Part shown: positions 31,593 through 40,994 of the stretch, piece after piece
Layout: each line of letters opens with the position of its first letter
How positions within the stretch are numbered: the stretch's first letter is position 1
From: an uncultured Methylomirabilota bacterium
GTDB lineage: Bacteria > Methylomirabilota > Methylomirabilia > Methylomirabilales > 2-02-FULL-66-22
Assembly: GCA_963845565.1 (NCBI GenBank)
Contig: CAWJSJ010000002.1
Coordinates: 1,856,001-1,920,000, forward strand
Length of the DNA stretch: 64,000 bases
Direction of reading: 5' to 3'
Translations under genes and position numbers: made by a program
The notes under the pieces: generated by a model
Told to the model about the DNA's origin: nothing
Database searches by the model: none
What the model saw: only the letters and a program-made list of their open reading frames with translations

Positions 31593-32606
31593 ATGGCGGT
31601 GGACGGGACATACGTAGCCGGTCAGAAGTGGTGGGGGATTCTGCCCGCCTTCGATCCGGATGCCGGCAACGTGGTGGCCGAGCCGCCCGGGGCCGGTTAT
31701 GGTTTCTGGGCCGGCGCCCCGAGTGCCGTCTTTGATCCGGGCTCGGGCCTATTCTGCTGTTATCACCGACTGCGTTGGCCGCTCGGGGACAAGCGAGGCG
31801 GGGTCTGCCGGGTGGTCGTAAGCCCCGATCCGTCGGCGCCGCCGGCCGGATGGCGCACGGCCTGGGAGGCCACCCGAGAGCAATTCGGGGCCAACTCCAT
31901 CGAGCGGGCCGGCCTGATTCGTGACCCGTTCTCCCAGGAGTGGCGGCTGTACATCTGCTCCGAGACGGCGCAGTCCTACGACCGCAACCCGGCCACCTGG
32001 CGGATCGACCTGCTCCAGGCGACCTCCATCGAGACGCTGGATCCGCGGCGGCGCCGGATCGTGATGGACGCCGCCATGTACGGATTCTCCCATGTCAAGG
32101 ACCCCGTCGTCCTCGTGGTCGGAGGCGAATACCTCGTCTATACCTCGGCGGCGTGGCGGGACCAGCACCTGGGGCCGGATGCCGACGGATTGATCCGCTC
32201 GCGCGGCCGGGGGCTGATCGCGCTCCATCGGTCGCTCGACGGGATCGATTTTCCCACGGCCCAGGTCGTCGCCGAGCCTGGACCTCAAGGTTGGGGCGGG
32301 ATCAACGTCCGGCCCTCCGCGGTGGTCTGGGTGCCCCCCGTCTGGACGATGCTCTTCGACGAAGGGACGACCCGGGCCGACTCCTACGACGAGCAGTGCA
32401 TGCTGGCGGTCTCCACCGACCTCCGGACGTGGCGTCGGCTCACGCCGTCGCATCGGCCGTGGGTCCGCTCGTCGCACGCGACCGGCTCGGTCCGATACGT
32501 CGACGTCGTGCTGGTGGGCGATACGGTCCATTACTTCTACGAGTACGCCCGCGCCGACCGAGCGCACGAGTTGCGACACGCGGCGGTGCGCCTGTCCGCA
32601 TCGTAA
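31593..32606 (+). CDS. Hypothetical five-bladed beta-propeller, glycoside hydrolase-like protein
   Basis: WAGAPS, SIER, KDPVV, STDLRTW repeats; heads a sugar ABC operon; TTGACA at 31502 upstream. Confidence 0.55.
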   Translation: MAVDGTYVAGQKWWGILPAFDPDAGNVVAEPPGAGYGFWAGAPSAVFDPGSGLFCCYHRLRWPLGDKRGGVCRVVVSPDPSAPPAGWRTAWEATREQFGANSIERAGLIRDPFSQEWRLYICSETAQSYDRNPATWRIDLLQATSIETLDPRRRRIVMDAAMYGFSHVKDPVVLVVGGEYLVYTSAAWRDQHLGPDADGLIRSRGRGLIALHRSLDGIDFPTAQVVAEPGPQGWGGINVRPSAVVWVPPVWTMLFDEGTTRADSYDEQCMLAVSTDLRTWRRLTPSHRPWVRSSHATGSVRYVDVVLVGDTVHYFYEYARADRAHELRHAAVRLSAS

Positions 32607-32699
32607 CGGGTCCGTCGCGCGGGGGTGCACCGGTCTGGCGCGCGAGATCCTGCGGTCCGCACCCGAGATGGAGATGCGAACGAGGAAAGGAGGGGTTTC

Positions 32700-34037
32700 A
32701 TGCCGAGACTGACGAGGCGAACGTTTTTGCGGGGCGTCGCCGCGACGGTGGCTCTCCCGGCGGCGTCCACGCTCTTCGCACCGGCCGGGGCCCGTGCGGC
32801 GACCAAGCCGTTCGCCGGGAAGACCCTGAACGTCTTCATGTTCGATCACCCGTACCCCCGCGCGCTGAAGCAGTTGCTCCCCCAGTTCACCGAGCGCACC
32901 GGGATCAAGGTCGAGATGGACACCCCCAGCTTCGTTGTCTACAACCAGCGCGCGGACCTGGAGTTGTCCACAGGGTCGGGCGCCTTCGACGTGATGACGA
33001 TGACGTTCATCTTCTCGGGGAAGTGGATCGGCGCCGGCTGGGCCGCCAAGTTGAACGACTTCATTGCCGCCGACCCCGGCCTGAGCGCCGGCGACTTCCT
33101 GGCGGGCGCCATGGCGCCCATGAAGGCCGGGAACGACGTCCTGGCGCTGCCCTTCGTGGCCGAGAGCACGTTGATGGTGTACCGGACCGACCTCGTGAAG
33201 CAGGCTGGCATCCGCCCGCCGGAAACCTTCGACGAACTGCTGGCGGCCGCGCCCAAGCTCCAGACCGCCGACACCAAGGCGTACATGGGTCGCGGTCTGG
33301 GCGGTGTCCACTGGATCTGGCCGAACTACCTCTACGCCTACGGCGGGCGGTTCTTTGCCGACCCGATCAAAGACATGACGCCGCAGCTGGCGAGCCCGGA
33401 GTCCATCAAAGCCGCCGAGGTGTACGGCAGGCTCTGCCGCGAATACAGCGTGCCCGGCGTCGCGAGCTATGCGGAACCGCAATCCTCGGGCGGGATGATG
33501 GAGGGCCGGACCGCGATCTACATCGACGCTCTGGCCTGGGTCGGGCTCGCCGGCGATCCGGCCAAGAGCAAGGTGCACGACAAGGTAGCCTATACCCTCC
33601 CGCCGGGAGGGCCTGCCGGCCGGTTTCCCCAGGTGGCCGTCCACGGGATGCAGATTCCCGCCGGCGCCAAGCAGAAGGAGGCCTCCTGGGAATTCATCCG
33701 TTGGGCGCTGTCGAAAGAGGTTATGAGCCACATCGCCGAGACCACGGCCTACCCTGCGGTGACGCGAGCCAGCGTGCTCGACAGTCCGAAGTACAAACAG
33801 AAGTACAACTGGGGCGGCTCCGACATCGGCGCGTTGCACGGGCAGGTCCTGAAGCTCGCCGGCTCGGGCTACATGGCGTACCGGACCGTGCCCGAGTTCC
33901 CACCCATCGGGGATCGCGTCACGATCGGTGTCACCGAGGTCATGACCGGTCAGAAGCCGGCCGACCAGGCCATGCGGGACACGAACCGCGATATCGAGGC
34001 CATCCTGACCAAGGCCGGGCGCAAGATCCGACGGTAG
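32700..34037 (+). CDS. Carbohydrate ABC substrate-binding protein (Tat signal)
   Basis: TRRTFL twin-arginine; TGIKVE, YRTDL, PETFDEL. Confidence 0.88.
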   Translation: MPRLTRRTFLRGVAATVALPAASTLFAPAGARAATKPFAGKTLNVFMFDHPYPRALKQLLPQFTERTGIKVEMDTPSFVVYNQRADLELSTGSGAFDVMTMTFIFSGKWIGAGWAAKLNDFIAADPGLSAGDFLAGAMAPMKAGNDVLALPFVAESTLMVYRTDLVKQAGIRPPETFDELLAAAPKLQTADTKAYMGRGLGGVHWIWPNYLYAYGGRFFADPIKDMTPQLASPESIKAAEVYGRLCREYSVPGVASYAEPQSSGGMMEGRTAIYIDALAWVGLAGDPAKSKVHDKVAYTLPPGGPAGRFPQVAVHGMQIPAGAKQKEASWEFIRWALSKEVMSHIAETTAYPAVTRASVLDSPKYKQKYNWGGSDIGALHGQVLKLAGSGYMAYRTVPEFPPIGDRVTIGVTEVMTGQKPADQAMRDTNRDIEAILTKAGRKIRR

Positions 34038-34058
34038 ACCGAGGCGGAGGCGAGGACC

Positions 34059-34937
34059 GTGAGGCAGCGCACTCGGTTCTTCTGGATCCTGCTCTCGCCG
34101 GCCCTCGCCGTCCTCGCGGTCGTCACCATTGTTCCCTTCCTCTTCCTGTTCTCCACCAGCCTCACCCCGCTCAACTTGGCCCGCCCGACCACCTGGTGGG
34201 ACTTCAGCACCCCGCTGGCGAATTTCGTGGAACTCCTCGACGATCACCGATTCTTGAACTCCCTCGGTGTGCAGCTTCGCCTGTCGGTCTTCACCGTGGG
34301 CTTCCAGTTGCTGTTGGGGCTGGCGGCGGCCCTGCTGTTGAACAGCCGCCTCCGTTTTCTCGCGGCCATGCGGGCGCTGTTCATCATCCCGATGGTGCTG
34401 CCGCCGATCGTGGTGGCCATCATGTGGAAGGTGCTCTTCACGCCGGACATCAGCGTCCTGAACTGGGTTCTGGGTCTGCTGGGTCTGCCCCAGCCCGCCT
34501 GGTTGGCGCACCCGAGGCTGGCCCTGCCGGCCATCATCATTGCCGACGTCTGGGAGTGGTTTCCCTTCACGCTCTTGATGCTGCTGGCGGCGCTGCAGAT
34601 GATCCCCGCGGAGCCGCTCGAGGCGGCACGGATCGATGGTGCCGGCGCCTGGCAGGTGTTTCGGCACGTCGTCCTCCCGCTGTTGCGCCCGGCCATTGTC
34701 GTCACGGTCCTGTTCCGACTCATCGAGAGTGTGAAGGCCTTCCCGTTGATCTTCGTCATGACGGGCGGCGGCCCGGGCACCGTGACCGAGGCCACGAACT
34801 ACTACGCGTTCCTGCAGGGATTCAACTACAGCCTGATCGGGTACTCGGCGGCCATCAGTGTGGTGGTCCTGGCCAGTGTCCTGGCGATCAGCTACCTGAT
34901 CGTCGGCACGGTGGGAGCGCGGGTCGATGTCGAGTAG
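34059..34937 (+). CDS. Carbohydrate ABC permease (MalF/UgpA-like)
   Basis: EAARIDGA, MTGGGPG. Confidence 0.9.
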   Translation: MRQRTRFFWILLSPALAVLAVVTIVPFLFLFSTSLTPLNLARPTTWWDFSTPLANFVELLDDHRFLNSLGVQLRLSVFTVGFQLLLGLAAALLLNSRLRFLAAMRALFIIPMVLPPIVVAIMWKVLFTPDISVLNWVLGLLGLPQPAWLAHPRLALPAIIIADVWEWFPFTLLMLLAALQMIPAEPLEAARIDGAGAWQVFRHVVLPLLRPAIVVTVLFRLIESVKAFPLIFVMTGGGPGTVTEATNYYAFLQGFNYSLIGYSAAISVVVLASVLAISYLIVGTVGARVDVE

Positions 34938-35778
34938 GTCTTCCGGGCGTGGCGGCCGGGGAACGCCGCGACTGTCGATCATTCTGATCTACGCGCAGAC
35001 CATCCTACTCTTGGCCATCACCCTGTTTCCGGTCCTCTGGCTCATCCAGCTATCCTTGAAGGTCGAGAGCGAAGCGTTCCGCATGCCCCCGAAGCTCTGG
35101 TTCGTGCCGACCTTCGAAAATTACCTGGCGCTCCTGCAGGGGAAGTTTGCCCGGTCCTTCGGCAACAGCCTGGTCGTGAGCGTGGCGACCACGCTCATCT
35201 CCCTGCTCCTGGGCGTCCCGGCCGCCTACGCACTCTCCCGGGCCGGTGTCCAGGCGGACAAGGGCATCGCCCTCTGGATCCTGACCACCCGCATGGCCCC
35301 ACCGATCGCGTTCGCCATCCCGTTCTTCCTGACGTACCGCTACCTGGGGTTGATCGACACGCTGGTCGGTTTGATCGTCATCTATCTCACCTTCAACCTC
35401 TCCTTGGTGATCTGGATGATGCGAACCTTCTTCGACGGTCTGCCACGCTCGCTGGAGGAGGCCGCCGAGATCGATGGGGCGACCCCCTGGGGTGCGTTCC
35501 TGCGGATCGCGTTGCCGTTGGCCGGACCCGGCCTGGCCACCACGGCGATCTTCTGCTTCCTGTTCGCCTGGAACGACTTCTTTTTCGCCCTGGTGCTGAC
35601 CCGCAGCCGGGCGCAGATGGCCCCGGTGGCGATCGTCAATTTCATGAACTACGAGGGCTGGGAATGGGGGAAGATCGCCGCGGGTGGGTGCATGATCATG
35701 CTGCCGGTGGTGGCGTTCTCGCTGCTCGTCCGCCGCTACCTCATCCGCGGTCTCACGGCCGGCGCCCTCAAGGGGTAG
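34927..35778 (+). CDS. Carbohydrate ABC permease (MalG/UgpE-like)
   Basis: EEAAEIDGA, AWNDF, RGLTAGALKG. Confidence 0.9.
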   Translation: MSSRSSGRGGRGTPRLSIILIYAQTILLLAITLFPVLWLIQLSLKVESEAFRMPPKLWFVPTFENYLALLQGKFARSFGNSLVVSVATTLISLLLGVPAAYALSRAGVQADKGIALWILTTRMAPPIAFAIPFFLTYRYLGLIDTLVGLIVIYLTFNLSLVIWMMRTFFDGLPRSLEEAAEIDGATPWGAFLRIALPLAGPGLATTAIFCFLFAWNDFFFALVLTRSRAQMAPVAIVNFMNYEGWEWGKIAAGGCMIMLPVVAFSLLVRRYLIRGLTAGALKG

Positions 35779-35908
35779 CCCGCCCGGCCCGGAGGGAGGC
35801 TGCCCGGCTGATGTTGCTGGTTCTCTCCGGCTGCGCGACGTATTATGATCCCTCGGGTCCCTACGTTCGTGGCATGCGGTGGTTCGATCAGATAGCCGAG
35901 GCTCACGC

Positions 35909-37348
35909 ATGAACCCTTGGACGCACGACGAGCCATTACGGGCCCTTTTCGAGCGCCGCTTCGGAGAGCCCGCCGCGAGCACGGTATCGGTCAAAGGCGA
36001 CGGCTCGGCGCGGACGCTCTTCCGTCTGTCGGCCGGCTCCCGGACGGCCATCGGTGTCGTCAATCCGGACGTGCGCGAGAATCGTGCCTTTCTCGAGTTC
36101 TCCCGGCACTTCAGACGCTGCGGTCTGCCCGTGCCGGAGATCTACGACGAGGATCTCGACCGAGGGGTGTACCTGGAAGAGGATCTGGGCGACACGACGC
36201 TCTTCCAGTTCCTCACGGCGCATCGTACCGAGGGCGGCCTCTCGAATGCCACGCTTGACCTGTACCGGAAGGTCGTGGAGTGCCTGCCGCGCTTCCAGAT
36301 CGCGGCCGGGCGGACGGTGAACTACGACGTCTGCTACCCGCGAGCCAGCTTCGACAAGCAATCCATGATGTGGGACCTCAGCTACTTCAAGTATTATTTC
36401 CTGCGGCTGGCGAAGATCGCGTTCAACGAGCAGGCGCTGGAAAACGATTTCGAGTGGTTCGTCGAGTTCCTGCTGATGGCGGAGCGGCGGTATTTCCTCT
36501 ACCGCGACTTCCAGTCCCGGAACGTCATGGTCCGGAACGGAGAGCCGTTCTTCATCGATTACCAGGGTGGGCGACGTGGCGCGCTCCAGTACGACGTTGC
36601 CTCCCTGCTCTTCGACGCCAAAGCCGACCTCCCGTTCGAGGTGCGGGACGAACTCCTGGAGCGCTACCTCGAAGCGGCTTCGACGGTCGAGCCGATCGAC
36701 CGCGACGCCTTCCGGCGCCACTATCCCGGCTTCGCGTACATCCGGATCATGCAGGCCATGGGGGCCTATGGCCTGCGGGGCTTCTACGAGCGAAAACAGC
36801 ACTTCCTGGCCAGCATCCCGTACGCGATCCGGAACCTGGAGCACCTGCTGCGGACGGCCGAGCTTCCTCTGGACCTGCCGGAGTTGACGCAGGTGTGGCG
36901 CCGGCTGGTTGCCTCCTCCGGCCTGCGGCAGTTCGGTACGGCCTCGCTCAAGCTGACGGTCCGGATCGAGAGCTTCTCGTACAAGGACGGCGTGCCGACC
37001 GACGAGAGGGGGCACGGCGGCGGGTACGTGTTCGACTGCCGGGCGCTCCCCAACCCGGGGCGGGAGGCGCGGTACGCGACCTTGACGGGCAAGGACGATG
37101 CCGTGATCGCGTTCTTGGAGACAGAGCCGACGGTTCGCGAATTTCTCAGCCACGTCTTCGGGCTGATTGATCAGACCGTTGAGATTTACCAGGCGCGCAA
37201 CTTTACCGACCTCAGCGTTGCGTGTGGCTGCACCGGCGGCCAGCACCGCTCGGTATACTGTGCGGAGCAGTTGGCGCAGCATCTGCGCGAGCGTTTCCAG
37301 GTGAATGTCGAGGTGCGCCACGCGGCGCAGGAACCCGGGCCGAGATGA
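35909..37348 (+). CDS. AmgK-like anomeric sugar kinase (APH fold) fused to a RapZ C-terminal domain
   Basis: GDGSAR, EDLGD, YRDFQSRN, IDYQG, YDVASLL; C-terminal SFSYK.G, FDCRALPNPGR, GCTGGQHRSV. Confidence 0.85.
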   Translation: MNPWTHDEPLRALFERRFGEPAASTVSVKGDGSARTLFRLSAGSRTAIGVVNPDVRENRAFLEFSRHFRRCGLPVPEIYDEDLDRGVYLEEDLGDTTLFQFLTAHRTEGGLSNATLDLYRKVVECLPRFQIAAGRTVNYDVCYPRASFDKQSMMWDLSYFKYYFLRLAKIAFNEQALENDFEWFVEFLLMAERRYFLYRDFQSRNVMVRNGEPFFIDYQGGRRGALQYDVASLLFDAKADLPFEVRDELLERYLEAASTVEPIDRDAFRRHYPGFAYIRIMQAMGAYGLRGFYERKQHFLASIPYAIRNLEHLLRTAELPLDLPELTQVWRRLVASSGLRQFGTASLKLTVRIESFSYKDGVPTDERGHGGGYVFDCRALPNPGREARYATLTGKDDAVIAFLETEPTVREFLSHVFGLIDQTVEIYQARNFTDLSVACGCTGGQHRSVYCAEQLAQHLRERFQVNVEVRHAAQEPGPR

Positions 37349-38082
37349 AGGCGATGATCCTGGCGGCCGGCGTCGGGAGCCGCCTCAGGCCGCTCACCGA
37401 CCGGGTGCCGAAGGCGCTGGTCGAGGTCGGCGGCGTTCCGATGATCGAGCGGGTGATCCGGCGTCTGGCGTCGGCCGGCGTCACCGCCCTCGTCGTCAAC
37501 CTCTTTCACCTGGGCGACCGCGTCGTCGAGTTCCTGGCGTCCAAGGGCGATTTCGGACTCCGCATCCAGTTTACGCGTGAGGCCGAACTCCTCGACACCG
37601 GCGGCGGGCTGAAGAACGCGGCGTGGTTCTTCGACGACGGCCGGCCATTCTTCCTCCACAACGTTGACGTGGTGAGCGAGATTGACCTCGGGGCGCTCTT
37701 GCGATTCCACGAGCAAGCACGACCGCTGGCGACGCTGGCGGTGCAATCTCGGCCGAGCTCACGCCAGCTCTTGTTCGACAGAAGCGGCCGACTCGTCGGC
37801 CGGGAAACGTCGGAGGGTGTGGAGTGGGCGCGCGGCCCGGTGGTTTCCGTCGAGCGGCTGGGATTCACCGGCATCCACGTCGTTGACCCCGCGATTTTTT
37901 CGCGGATGAGGGAGACGGGTGCCTTCCCGATCACCCGGACCTACCTGCGGCTCGCCGGGGAAGGCGAACACATCGTTGCCTATCGGGCCGACGGCCAGTA
38001 CTGGCAGGATATCGGGTCGGCGGAGAAGCTGGAGCATGCCCGCAGGTACCTATCGAGACGTCGCCTTCAAGTCCGTGATTGA
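37345..38082 (+). CDS. murU: MurNAc-1-phosphate uridylyltransferase-like nucleotidyltransferase
   Basis: MKAMILAAG.GSRLRPLT..PKAL, LLDTGGG, WQDIGS; ATGA-coupled to the AmgK-like gene. Confidence 0.8.
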   Translation: MKAMILAAGVGSRLRPLTDRVPKALVEVGGVPMIERVIRRLASAGVTALVVNLFHLGDRVVEFLASKGDFGLRIQFTREAELLDTGGGLKNAAWFFDDGRPFFLHNVDVVSEIDLGALLRFHEQARPLATLAVQSRPSSRQLLFDRSGRLVGRETSEGVEWARGPVVSVERLGFTGIHVVDPAIFSRMRETGAFPITRTYLRLAGEGEHIVAYRADGQYWQDIGSAEKLEHARRYLSRRRLQVRD

Positions 38083-38111
38083 CAGCATGGCGTCATGATG
38101 GCATGCTGTCA
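38079..38111 (+). promoter_or_regulatory. TA operon promoter with overlapping operator palindrome
   Basis: TTGACA-N17-CATGCT; perfect 10-bp inverted repeat TGACAGCATG (38080-38089)/CATGCTGTCA (38102-38111). Confidence 0.7.
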
Positions 38112-38138
38112 TTACTCTCGCTGAGAAAGGAGGGCGAT

Positions 38139-38402
38139 GTGAAGCGCACGCAGATCCAGCTTGATGAGGGTACCTACGAGGCGCTGCGCCGGAAGGCCTT
38201 CGAAAAGGGGTGCTCGATCTCGTCCTATGTGCGCGAGGTCCTCGCCTATTCGCTCGGGACCGGCGCGGCCAAGCAGAAGCGAACGCTGAAGGAATTCCGC
38301 TTCATCGGGACAGGGAAGTCCCGTCAGGGGGCACTGGCGCCGGTCTCCGAGCGCCATGACGAAGCGCTGGCTGAGGCGCTGGCTGAGGAACACGGCCGAT
38401 GA
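38139..38402 (+). CDS. Ribbon-helix-helix (CopG-like) antitoxin VapB
   Basis: GTG after AAGGAGG; KRTQIQLD...S.SSYVRE, SERHDEAL. Confidence 0.8.
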   Translation: MKRTQIQLDEGTYEALRRKAFEKGCSISSYVREVLAYSLGTGAAKQKRTLKEFRFIGTGKSRQGALAPVSERHDEALAEALAEEHGR

Positions 38403-38806
38403 TCTTCCTGGACACGTCGGCCATCTATGCGCTTGCCGATGCCGCCGATCCGAATCATGGGCGAGTCAGGGACCATTTCCGGCGAGCGCTAGACGCTGGG
38501 GAGGCGATCCTTACGCACAACTACATCCTGGTCGAATCCATGGCGCTCATCCAGAAACGGCTGGGTCTCGGGACTGCGACCCGTTTCGCTCGGGATGCCA
38601 AAGCCTTCGAGGTGGTATGGGTCGATGAGGCCATGCATGATGAAGCAGCGGCATGCCTCGAGAAAACGGGCAAGCGCGGAATCAGTCTGGTAGATGCGGT
38701 AAGCTTTCTGGTCATGCAAAAGCACGGAATACGCACCGCACTCGCTTTTGGTCCGGACTTTGTGGCTGCAGGCTTCCGCCTGTATGGCGCCCAGGGGTCC
38801 GATTGA
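38399..38806 (+). CDS. vapC: PIN-domain toxin VapC
   Basis: IFLDTSA, E, SLVDAVSF, DF..AGF; ATGA overlap with antitoxin. Confidence 0.85.
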   Translation: MIFLDTSAIYALADAADPNHGRVRDHFRRALDAGEAILTHNYILVESMALIQKRLGLGTATRFARDAKAFEVVWVDEAMHDEAAACLEKTGKRGISLVDAVSFLVMQKHGIRTALAFGPDFVAAGFRLYGAQGSD

Positions 38807-38834
38807 GCGAGGACCATCGAAGAAGGAGACACCG

Positions 38835-39884
38835 ATGCTGAACGGCAAGCTGGATTTTCGGAGCGACACGATCACTGAGCCGACCGAGGAGATGCGGGAG
38901 GCGATGGCGCGGGCGAAGGTCGGCGACGATGGGCGCGAAGGGGACCCGACCGTCCGCGAGTTGGAGGCGTACTCCGCGCAGCTCCTGGGGAAAGAGGCTG
39001 GCCTCTTCGTGATCAGTGGAACGATGGGGAATCTCGTTTCCGTCCTGACCCATACCCGCCACGGCCAGGAGGTGATCCTGGAGCGCGACGCCCACCTCTT
39101 CTGGACCGAGGTCGCGGGCATCGCGGCCGTCGGCGGACTGCTCGTCAACCGGGTGGCCGGAGCGGACGGGATCATGGCGGCCGACGATGTGGCGGCGGCC
39201 ATTCGGCCCGCCAAGCTCCACTTCCCCGAGACGGGGCTGATCTGTCTGGAGAACACGCATAACATGGCGGGCGGGACGGTCTGGAGCGTGGCGCAGATGG
39301 CTGCGGTCAAGGCCGTGGCGAGCCGGCACGGGATCCCGGTCCACCTGGACGGGGCCCGGATCTTCAATGCGGCGGTGGCGTTGGGCGTGCCGGCGAAGGA
39401 TATCGCCGCCCAGACCGATTCCGCCACCTTCTGTCTCTCGAAGGGCTTGAGCGCGCCGGTCGGCTCCATCATCGTGGGCACCAGGACCTTCATCGAGGCG
39501 GCCAAGAAGAAGCGGCAGATGCTGGGCGGGACGACCCGCCAGGGGGGCGTGATCGCCGCGGCCGGCCTGGTGGCAATGAAGACGATGGTGAACCGGCTGG
39601 CGGACGATCATGCGCTCGCGCGGCGTCTGGCCGAGAAGTTGAGCACCATTTCGGGTCTCGCCGTAGATCTGCGGACGGTGCAGACCAATATCGTGCGAAC
39701 CACGGTGTCCGGCCTGGGCGTCCCGGCGGCGAAGGTGGCCGAGATGCTCGCCGCCCGGAACGTCCATGTCCTTGCCCAGCAGACCGATACGCTGCGCTGG
39801 CTGACGCATCGCCACGTGACAGCAGCGGATGTGGACGAGGCCGTGACCGTGATGGCCAAGGTGGCGGAGGCGCTCAAGCGATAA
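38835..39884 (+). CDS. ltaE: Low-specificity L-threonine aldolase
   Basis: DFRSDT, SGTMGN, LENTHN, HLDGARIFNA, CLSKGLSAPVGS. Confidence 0.9.
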   Translation: MLNGKLDFRSDTITEPTEEMREAMARAKVGDDGREGDPTVRELEAYSAQLLGKEAGLFVISGTMGNLVSVLTHTRHGQEVILERDAHLFWTEVAGIAAVGGLLVNRVAGADGIMAADDVAAAIRPAKLHFPETGLICLENTHNMAGGTVWSVAQMAAVKAVASRHGIPVHLDGARIFNAAVALGVPAKDIAAQTDSATFCLSKGLSAPVGSIIVGTRTFIEAAKKKRQMLGGTTRQGGVIAAAGLVAMKTMVNRLADDHALARRLAEKLSTISGLAVDLRTVQTNIVRTTVSGLGVPAAKVAEMLAARNVHVLAQQTDTLRWLTHRHVTAADVDEAVTVMAKVAEALKR

Positions 39885-39985
39885 CCGAATCGTCCGGGTG
39901 ACGACCCCGGCGATCCACCGGCGTATTCCGGTTCTGCGGCATCATGCAGGTCGAACGGTGACGGACATACCATAGGGGGAGACCA

Positions 39986-40876
39986 GTGGCCGGGCGATCT
40001 GACGCTTCCGAAATCACCTTGTCGGGCAGGCGCATCTATGGGCCGACGCCACCCGGCCAGGCTGTCTGGTGCACGCGGACCACGCCGCTGACGCCAGCGG
40101 AGGTGGACGAGGTCGTCGAGCTCGTCGCCCAGGGTCGCCTTGCGCGTCGCAGCGTTCAATTGCCGGAGCGGCTGTGGACGCGTCACTGGGACTCGCTGAT
40201 GGCCGTGGTGTTCCGGCTCAACGACAGGCTGGACTGGGAGCCCGCCGGTTGGAAGATCGGCGCCGCGAGTGCCGAGGTGCGCCATGCCGAAGGCTTGCCG
40301 AGCCCGGCTCCCGGACGGCTGCATCGTCGCGGGGTGCGCGAGAGCCCGGCGATCCTGCCCGCGTCCCTCTTCATCAATTATCGGAACTCCGAGTGCGAGT
40401 TCGCGTTCCGTCTGGGTGCCGACCTTCCTCCCCGCGAGGCGCCCTACGTCGAGGCCGAGGTGCGGGCGGCCATCGAGTCCCTGATGCCGGCGGTGGAGAT
40501 CGGCGACACGGTCTTCGAGGACTGGTATGGAGCGAGTGCCTATCTTGGCTCGTGTCTCGACAATGGTGGCGCGGCAGCGTTCGTGTACGGCACGCCTATC
40601 CGAGATTGGCAGGCGATTGACCTGCCGAACGCGCGAATCGATCTCCACCTCAATGGGGCGTTCATCAAGTCCGGCTTCGGGCGGGCGGCGATGGGCCATC
40701 CGTTGACCTCGCTGACCTGGCTTGCCAACTGGCTGCGGGAGCGAGGGCGAGGGCTCACGGCGGGCGAGATCGTGAGCACCGGCACCTGCACCGGCCACTT
40801 CTTCGCCGCGCCAGGGGACCGGCTCGAGGTGGATTTCGGCGAGGTGGGGCGGGTCGAGATTCTCTACGGTGTGTAG
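39986..40876 (+). CDS. 2-keto-4-pentenoate hydratase / FAA-hydrolase superfamily protein
   Basis: GWKIG, ECEFAF, EIGD, DNG, GHPL..L.WLAN, STGTC; start codon uncertain. Confidence 0.78.
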   Translation: MAGRSDASEITLSGRRIYGPTPPGQAVWCTRTTPLTPAEVDEVVELVAQGRLARRSVQLPERLWTRHWDSLMAVVFRLNDRLDWEPAGWKIGAASAEVRHAEGLPSPAPGRLHRRGVRESPAILPASLFINYRNSECEFAFRLGADLPPREAPYVEAEVRAAIESLMPAVEIGDTVFEDWYGASAYLGSCLDNGGAAAFVYGTPIRDWQAIDLPNARIDLHLNGAFIKSGFGRAAMGHPLTSLTWLANWLRERGRGLTAGEIVSTGTCTGHFFAAPGDRLEVDFGEVGRVEILYGV

Positions 40877-40994
40877 GGGGCTGCAGCGGACTCTTTGGGC
40901 TTGACAAGGCGGAGCGGACGCTTCTAAGTTCTTCGAACATCTCACCATGGCGGTTCATTCTACTTGATGGCTTCGTGTTCACGAGGAGGGGGCC

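Noticed and set aside
31749..34987. Very long alternative-frame and antisense ORFs (also 15659-18937, 57153-59993, 7943-9874, 44032-46050)
   Set aside because: Shadow ORFs of GC-rich coding regions; they overlap well-supported genes and have low-complexity Arg/Gly/Pro composition with no motifs
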